The notes under the pieces: model-generated | Told to the model about the DNA's origin: nothing | Database searches by the model: none | What the model saw: the letters and a program-made list of their open reading frames with translations, nothing else | Shown: one piece after another, positions 56,031 to 64,000 of the stretch | Layout of the letters: each line of letters starts with the position of its first letter | Position numbering within the stretch: position 1 is the first letter of the stretch | DNA from: Anaeramoeba ignava BMAN | Taxonomy: Eukaryota; Protista; Anaeramoebae | Direction of reading: 5' to 3' | Assembly: GCA_028826165.1 (NCBI GenBank) | Contig: JAPDFW010000059.1 | Location: 1,054,001 to 1,118,000, forward strand | Length of the DNA: 64,000 bases | Translations under genes and position numbers: made by a program

Positions 56031-56807
56031 TGATGATGTTTTAATGTTTATTTCTAAATAATTTCTTTTTTTCTTTGTTTTTGAATTTTATAAAATTCAA
56101 ATTTCTAATTATTATTTAAATGATTTGTTGTAATTATTTTATATTTTTTTTTTCACCCCCCAAAAAAAAATAAAAATAATTCTTTTTCTTTTGTTATTTG
56201 AATGTTAATTATTTTTTCCTTTGTTGTTGATCAAAACAAAAATTAAAAAGAATTTTGTGTTGTTTTTTTGTTGTTTTTGGATTATTTTTATTTTTTGTTG
56301 TTTTATTGAAAATTTTTTACAACTCATATCAATTTTGAATTATATTTTAAGTTTAAAAATTTAAAAAAAGAAAAAGAAAAAAAAAAAATTTTTTTTTTAT
56401 TTACAGGGGTTCGTTTTAATAAAGAAAAGATCAATAAAAAAAAAATAAAAAATAATAAAAATAAACATTATTATGATTCGTCAGATTTTTTTTCTAATTC
56501 AAATTTCTTTTTAATTATAAATAAAAAAAAAGAATTTCCAAAAAATTCCATTCAGATTTTTATTCTTTTAAAAAATTAAATTTATTTGCCATTTTTTGGA
56601 AAATTAAATAAAAAAAAAATCGATCTTGATGAAACATTTTTCTTTTTCTATTTTGAAAAAAAAACAACATTAAAAACTTGAAAAAAACAAACAAAAACAA
56701 TTTGCTTTTTCAAAAAGTAATTAAAAATTAAAAATTAAAAATTTATTGAAAGAAAAATTTTTTCGTTTTATTAATTTGTTTTAATTAACAAAAAAAATTT
56801 TTAGTAA

Positions 56808-59800
56808 ATGAAAATTAAACAACTTACAGTTACTTTCTTTTTAGTCTTGGTTTTTCTTGCATTTGCTAAACAAACAAATGATTTTGCCACAAATTCAAAT
56901 ACACAATGGGAAATGATTGCAAATTTGACTCAGCAAACAAGCACAACAACTTTTGGTGAATGTGTTTCCATTTATGGTGATTTTGTTGTTATTGGAGATT
57001 CTGGAGACAGTGCGGCCTTCATCTATCAGAACAATGGCTCGGCATTCAATTTAGAACAAACTTTGAACATCACCAATTTCTCTTCTTGTGACTCAATTGA
57101 AATTTCCAATCTTTTTCTCACAATCGTCGATTCTGGAAACTTTCAAATCTTGATTTATTATTATAATGGAAGCTATTGGAATTTAAACCAAACTTTGATT
57201 GGCACAGATGATCATTTTGGAGAAAGTGTTTCTTTTACAAACAAATATCTTGTTGTTAGTGATCCTCACAATTCTCAAGTCTTGATTTATTATTATAATG
57301 GAAGCTATTGGAATTTGAATCAAACTTTGACTAGTACAAACGGTCATTTTGGAGAAAGTGTTTCAATTTCGAATAATATTCTTGTTGTTAGTGATCCTCA
57401 CAATTTACAAGTGTTGATTTATTATTATAATGGAAGCTATTGGAATTTGAATCAAACTTTAACTGGAACTGGTACAGACGATCATTTTGGAGAGAAAGTC
57501 GCAATTTCAAAGAATAATCTTGTTGTTAGTGATTCGGATAATTCTCAAGTGTTGATTTATTATTATAATGGAAGTTATTGGAATTTGAACCAAACTTTGG
57601 CTGATCCTAGTTCATCCACTTCTTTTGGAGATAGTCTTTCAGTTTCAAATAAATTCATTGTTGTTAGTGATCCTGATTTGAATCAGGTATTCTTTTATGA
57701 ATTCAATGGAACTTATTGGAATCAAAAACAAAATTGTAACTCAATCATTATCTAGTTCTTTTGGAATAAGTCTTTCGATTTCAAGCAATTTCACGGTTAT
57801 CGGATCTTCATCTACTGAAGCATTTATTTACCAAAATCTTGTGATTCCTCAAGTTAGTCTTATAAATTGCACATCTTTGTTTGCCTCATTTGAATGCTAT
57901 TGGGATGAAGTGGAACTCCCAACTAGTCTGAAGTATCAAATCAATTTTGAAACTAATTGGATCGATATTAATACCCCTTTAGAACAGGGAGATGTGATGT
58001 ACAAGCTTTTTGACTCCTCATTTGATAGCATGATTAAGGGAAATATCAACTATTCAATCCAAATTAGAGTTTGTGATTTATCAAATTTCTGTGGTGATCC
58101 TTCTTCAGTATTAAGTGTTTTCACAAGAATTGGTTCTGTGCAAAATTTCCAAATCTCAAATCTGACAACAGATTTCTTGAATTTTTCTTGGAATTCGCCA
58201 AATGTTCCAATAATCAATACAATTCCTGATCTCGACCACTATGTTTTTTCCTATCTTAATGAAACAGATAAGATAGTAACAAATGTTTCACTCGTTAATT
58301 CAATAACTTCATTTTCTTTGGATAATTTGCAATGTGGGACTGATTACAACATTTCAATTTGGGCTTGCAGAACTTTATTATGCGAAGGGGATGATCAAGG
58401 TGAAATTTTGGAATTAAGTGTCATAACCAAATTTCAAGAAGTCACAAATCTATCTTGTTCAGTTGATGGTGTGAATATTACCTGCTCTTGGATCTCTCCA
58501 GGAAATTGCACTGAAATTCCAGTTTATTACAATTTGACTTTCAAATCAACTCTCGACAATGTAACAGGAATTATTCAAGCTAATTATACAGATTCTAATT
58601 TCATTCTAGATATTCCAAATCAACAATTTGAAATCAATGTTTCTGCATGTGATTCAATAAATGTTTGTGGAACAATATTAACAACATCAATTACAACTGG
58701 AAATCTTTCTGCTCCAACAATCCTCAATTCAACTTCAGAAATTGAAGAAATTGAATTAAATTTCACAAAAGTCAATCAAGCTGTTAATTATGCAATCTCA
58801 TTAGATAATGGAACAAATTGGATTAATTTCACTTCAATTAATACAAATGGAACTAATGTTATTGGAACTAAAAATTTATTAGCTGGAAATGTTGAATATT
58901 TAGTTTCAGTTAGAGGATGTGCTGATTTAAGTTGTAACCTTGCATCATTTGGATTACCAAGTTTATCAACTCCAATTATTGCAAAATTAGGAAATATTTC
59001 TTCATTAAAATGTAGTTCAACATCTTCAGAATTTTATTGTGAATGGAATCCATTGAGTTTATCAGAAGGATTAAAAGGTTATTCATTTAGTTATAATTCA
59101 ACTTCAATTTGTTTATCAAATTCAACAACAAATTATTCAGTTTCAAATTTAACAGAAGGAGAAATTTATATCATTTCAGTTTATGCATCAGATGATTCAA
59201 ATTGTAGTTTAAATCAATACTCTGGATTACCTTCAACAACATCAATTATAATTCAACAATTAACTGCTCCAACAATTCTTAATTCAACTTCAGAAATTGA
59301 AGAAATTGAATTAAATTTCACAAAAGTTAATCAAGCTGTTAATTATGCAATTTCAATAGATAATGGAACAAATTGGATTAATTTCACTTCAATTAATACA
59401 AATGGAACTAATGTTATTGGAACTAAAAATTTATTAGCTGGAAATGTTGAATATTTAGTTTCAGTTAGAGGATGTGCTGATTCAAGTTGTAACATTGCAT
59501 CATTTGGATTACCAAGTTTATCAACTCCAATTACTGCAAAATTAGGAAATATTCCCTTCTTTGAATGTATTCCACTAATTACTGGATTTTATTGTGAATG
59601 GAATCCATTAAGTTTATCAGAAGGGGTAAAAGCTTACACTTTAAGTTATAATTCAACTTCAATTTGTTTAGAAAACTCAACAAGGAATCACTCAGTTTCA
59701 TATTTAAAAGGAGGAGAAACTTATAAAATTTCAATTTATGCATCAGCTGATTCAAATTGTAGCGTCAATCAATATTCTGGATTACCTTCAGAAGTTTTTG

Positions 59801-60027
59801 TTACAACATTTCTCCCTACTCCAACTCCAGAAACTTCAACAGGTGAGAGTTCCCCGTTAATTACGAAAATATTCATCGGAGTTGCTATTCCTCTTTTTGG
59901 TATTGTTTGTATTGTTGCGCTTGGAGTGGTTATTAAAAAATATTGTGCTAGAAAGAGAAAACCAAAACATGCAACAAAAATTGATGAGCAAGAAATTGAT
60001 CTTGAAAATGATTTGGAATATAACTAA
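56808..60027 (+). CDS. Type I membrane protein: signal peptide, FG-GAP-like beta-propeller repeats, FN3-like repeats, TM helix (1-nt frameshift near 57730)
   Basis: Hydrophobic N-terminus. Repeats FGESVS...LVVSDP...VLIYYYNGSYWNLNQTL, a duplicated ~185-aa FN3-like block, many N-x-S/T sites, TM IFIGVAIPLFGIVCIVALGVVI, short tail. Confidence 0.8.
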
Positions 60028-60249
60028 AAAAGATCCAAATTTTTCTTTTCTTTTCTTTTCTTTTCTTTTTTCTTTTTCTTTTTTCTTTTTCTTTTTCTTT
60101 TCTTCAAAGCAATTTAAATCAAAACTTTATTCAGAAAAACAATAAAACCCAAAAAATTTGAATTGATCAAAATTTTATTTTTCTAATTTATTTCCTATTC
60201 CAAAAAAAGAAAACAAATCAAAGCAAAACAAAGAAAAAAAAAAAACAAT

Positions 60250-62168
60250 CTAATAACCGATATGTTTAAGTGGTGGAGTTAATTCGCCTCTAAGATTTGT
60301 CAATAGAAATTGACGAACTTGATTTAAAGTCAAATCTTGGCCAAGCAAAAAACACAACTTAGTAAAAGCAGCTTCTGAAGTTAAATCCAAACCAGGAAGA
60401 CAACCAACTTCTATTAATTGAGCACCAGCAGAATATTGACCCAAATCAACTTTTCCCATTTGGCACTGAGAAGTCACTACGGCAATCACTCCGCGTTTTG
60501 TTGCTTGTGAAATAACGCGGATCAGACCAGGATCAGATGGAACATTTCCTGATCCATAAGCTTCAATAACAACTCCTTTAATTTTTGGATCGGCCAAAAC
60601 TGCTTTTGCAAGATGTTTTGCCCCCGGAAAAATTTTCAAAAGCACAACTTTCTTTTGCATTTTGTCGTAGATCTTGAAGGGTTTTGAAGGGGTTCTGCGG
60701 ATCAAGCGTTTGTTGAAGGTAATTTTGATACCGCATTCACCTAATTGAGGAAAATTGTCAGAATGGAAAGCTTCGACATTCCAAGAGTTTATTTTGCGAG
60801 TACGATTTCCGCGAAGAATCAAACGGTCGAAAACAACCATTACTTCAGGAATTTTGCTATATCCAGCAACAAGGAGCGAATCAATCAAGTTTGACTGTGC
60901 ATCACTTCTTATAACACAAAGAGGAATTTGACTTCCTGTCAAAATGACAGGTTTTCCCAAGTTCTCAAGAAGAAAAGAAAGTGCTGATGCTGTATATGCC
61001 ATTGTGTCAGTTCCGTGGATTATCACAAACCCGTCGAAACTGTCATAAACTTGTGCAATCACCTTTGCAATTGAGATCCAGTTTCGAGTGTTCATATCTG
61101 AACTGTCAATTATTGGTTCAACGTGATTCAAAACAAGTGTAGGAACAATTGGATCCGAAAATGCTGGCATTTTTTGAAGCAATTCCTCAAGAAAATTGGG
61201 ATCCGGCGTTAATGTTCCTTTGTCATCATGTTTCATTCCCAAAGTTCCTCCTGTGTAAAGAATAAAAACTCTTGGTTTTTTTTGGGGTTTTTCTTCTTGT
61301 TTTTGGATCTGAATTTTTCGCCATCCTTTTTTGCCTTTTTTGCCTTTTTTGTTCATTTGAAGTGGGATTGATTGAGATCGGGAAAGTTCATTTGTTGGTG
61401 AATTCACTTTGTTGATCCAATAATCTTGTGTAACCGGCATTTTTCGTAGTGGTTCAATTACTTCCACGTTGTTTTCTTCAATGTTTGGTGGTGATGTTGA
61501 TATTTGTAATTGGATTTGATTATTTTGTATTTGGAGTTGGATTTGATTATTTTTAAATGGATATGATTGTCTTGGATTTGTAATTGGATTGGGTTGTCTT
61601 TTTTGCTTTTTGTGTTGGATTTGATGTTGTTTTTTGTATATCCGTTTTTTTGAATTTGTGTGAATTGACTTGATTGACTTTTTTGGATTTGATTTGAATG
61701 ATTTTTTGTATATCCATTTTTTCTGATTTGTGTGAATTGACTTGATTGATTTTTTTGAATTTGATTTGAATGATTTTTTGGATGAACTTTTTTTAAATTT
61801 TGATTTTGATTTAAATTTTGATTTTGATTTTGATTTTGATTTTGAATTTGATTTTGATTTTCAATTTGATTTTGATTTTGATTTTGAATTTGATTTTCAA
61901 TTTGATTTTGAATTTGATTTTCAATTTGATTTAAATTTTGATTTTTCTGATCATGAATTTTTTGATCTTCAATTTTTATTTCTTCAATTTTTATTTCTTT
62001 AATTTCATTTTTTTGATTATTCTGTTCGTGAATTATTTGATCTTCTTGTGTTTTTTGATTTTGTTGGTTTTTTGGATCCTTTTCATTGATTTTTTCTTTT
62101 TTAATTGGTTTTTGTTTTTGATTTAATTTTTGATTTGGTTTTTCTGTTTGATTTCTGTTTGTGTTCAT
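60250..62168 (-). CDS. Type I (cytosolic, AnsA-like) L-asparaginase with probable Q/N-rich N-terminal extension (frame break upstream of ~61470)
   Basis: LYTGGTLGM, IDSSDM, HGTDTMAYTASALSF, TGSQIP, RGNRTRK, TNLRGELT. Confidence 0.9.
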
Positions 62169-62313
62169 TTTATTATTATTATTATTTTTTATTAAAAATG
62201 TTTAAAAAAAAATGAAAAAATAAAAATTTTTTTTTCAATTTTTTTTTTAAAAAATTATTTTTCATTTTTTTCCTTTTTTTATTTTAAAATTTAATTAATT
62301 AACAATAAATAAA

Positions 62314-62850
62314 ATGCAATCTAAATTAAATTTATTTCGAGATTTAGCAAGGTTTTAATTTAAAATGAAATAAAAATTTAAAAATAAAAATTTAAAAATA
62401 AAAATTTAAAAATAAAAATTTAAAAATAAAAATTTAAAAATAAAAATTTAAAAATAAAAATAAAAAGTCGATTTGTTATCAATTCAGAAGAATTTAAAAA
62501 TGAAGATTTAATTGGAATTATTTTTAATATTGAAAAAGCTTACTGGTTTTATTTAGATTATTATTATCTAAAGTTTCAAAATGATCAAAAGTTTCCTAAA
62601 TTTAGTTTCCATGATTTTTATAAAAAATATATCCTTTTAAAATTTTTTAAAACAAATTGATTTTTTTTTTAAAAAAGCAATTTTCTTAAAATTTGTTTGT
62701 TTTCTTTGATTTCTCTTTCATTATGATTGATTACTTTGTGAATTTATTTTTGAAAGTTATGACGGAATGGATTTAAAAAAGGATTATTTTTTTGAATATA
62801 CAAAAAGAATTCCATCACATGGAGTTGTTTTCTGTAATGACAAGAAAGAA
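62314..62850 (+). CDS. DCP2: mRNA decapping enzyme Dcp2, first three exons (continues beyond the window)
   Basis: Exons 62314-62351, 62468-62628, 62735-62850 give FRDLASRFVIN...FNIEKAYWFYLDYY (Box A) ...EYTKRIPSHGVV (start of the Nudix domain). Confidence 0.8.
62629..62734 (+). other. U12-type AT-AC intron
   Basis: 5' ATATCCTTT, branch-like TTCTTTGAT at 62702, 3' AC. Removal restores the Dcp2 frame. Confidence 0.8.
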
Positions 62851-62854
62851 GTAA

Positions 62855-64000
62855 TTCAATTTCAATTTCAATTTCAATTTCAAATTCAAAATCAAATTCA
62901 AAATCAAAATCAAAAATTTAATTTCAAATTCAATTTCAAATTCAAATTCAATTTCAATTTCAATTTCAATTTCAAATTCAATTTTAAATTCAATTTCAAT
63001 TTCAAATTCAATTTCAAATTCAATTTCAATTTCAAATTCAATTTTAATTTCAATTTTAATTTCAATTTCAATTTCAATTTAAAATTTAATTTCAATTTCA
63101 AATTCAATTTCAATTTCAATTTCAATTTCAAATTCAATTTCAATTTCAATTTTAATTTCAATTTCAATTTCAATTTTAATTTCAATTTCAATTTCAATTT
63201 CAATTTCAATTTCAATTTCAATTTCAAATTCAATTTCAATTTCAAATTCAAATTCAAATTCAATTTCAAATTCAAATTCAATTATAATTTCAATTATAAT
63301 TTCAATTTCAAATTCAATTTCAATTTCAATTTCAATTTCAAAATCAATTTCAATTTTAATTTCAATTTCAAATTCAATTTCAATTCCAATTTCAATTTCA
63401 ATTTCAATTTCAATTTCAATTTCAATTTCAATTTCAATTTCAATTTCAATTTCAATTTCAAATTCAATTTTAATTTCAATTTCAAATTCAAATTCAATTT
63501 CAAATTCAATTTTAATTTCAATTTCAAATTCAAATTCAATTTCAATTTCAATTTCAAATTCAATTTCAATTTCAATTTCAAATTCAAATTTAATTTCAAT
63601 TTCAATTTCAATTTTAATTTCAATTTCAAATTCAATTTCAATTTCAATTTCAATTTCAATTTCAAATTCAATTTCAATTTCAAAATCAAATTCAATTTCA
63701 ATTTTAATTTCAATTTCAATTTCAATTTCAATTTCAATTTCAATTTCAATTTCAATTTCAAATTCAAATTCAATTTCAATTTCAAATTCAATTTCAATTT
63801 CAAATTCAATTTCAATTTCAATTTCAATTTCAATTTCAATTTCAAATTCAATTTCAAATTCAATTTCAATTTCAATTTCAATTTCAATTTCAATTTCAAT
63901 TTCAATTTCAATTTCAAATTCAATTTCAATTTCAATTTCAATTTCAAATTCAATTTCAAATTCAATTTCAATTTCAATTTCAAATTCAATTTCAATTTCA
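62855..64000. repeat. (TTTCAA)n microsatellite within a Dcp2 intron
   Basis: Hexamer repeat after the GT donor at 62851. Confidence 0.9.

Noticed and set aside
62910-63995. LKLKLN ORFs, or a telomeric repeat
   Set aside because: Intronic (TTTCAA)n following a Dcp2 GT donor; mixed units, and the gene is incomplete here.

Overview
Extremely AT-rich, intron-containing eukaryotic (protist) genomic DNA. Gene content and style (BTB-BACK-TLDc expansions, microsatellite-filled introns, a bacterial-type [FeFe]-hydrogenase-associated small gene) resemble an anaerobic metamonad such as Anaeramoeba; this assignment is inference. Genes in order: 3' exon of a DRG GTPase, an intron-split TM1266-like ACT protein, four tandem BTB-BACK-TLDc paralogs, stand-alone Nup96, DEK-like protein, gamma-tubulin complex component 2 carrying an intronic Sola-like DNA transposon, three putative transcription factors embedded in a ~140-bp satellite, a Vps34 lacking a recognisable C2 domain, a fourth short member of the putative TF family, a LolD/MacB-type ABC ATPase, SNW1/SKIP, a propeller+FN3 surface protein, a type I L-asparaginase and the 5' part of Dcp2. 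Main discovery: the single apparent intron of each BTB-TLDc gene is an array of 15-30 repeated cassettes of the form AG|NNN|GTAAAT, i.e. 86 candidate 3-nt microexons counted by eye. They would insert a stop-free, Tyr/Asp/Phe-rich, paralog-specific and potentially combinatorially spliced peptide into one TLDc loop. Secondary highlights: a transposase fused to a USP deubiquitinase, and an AT-AC (U12-type) intron in Dcp2.
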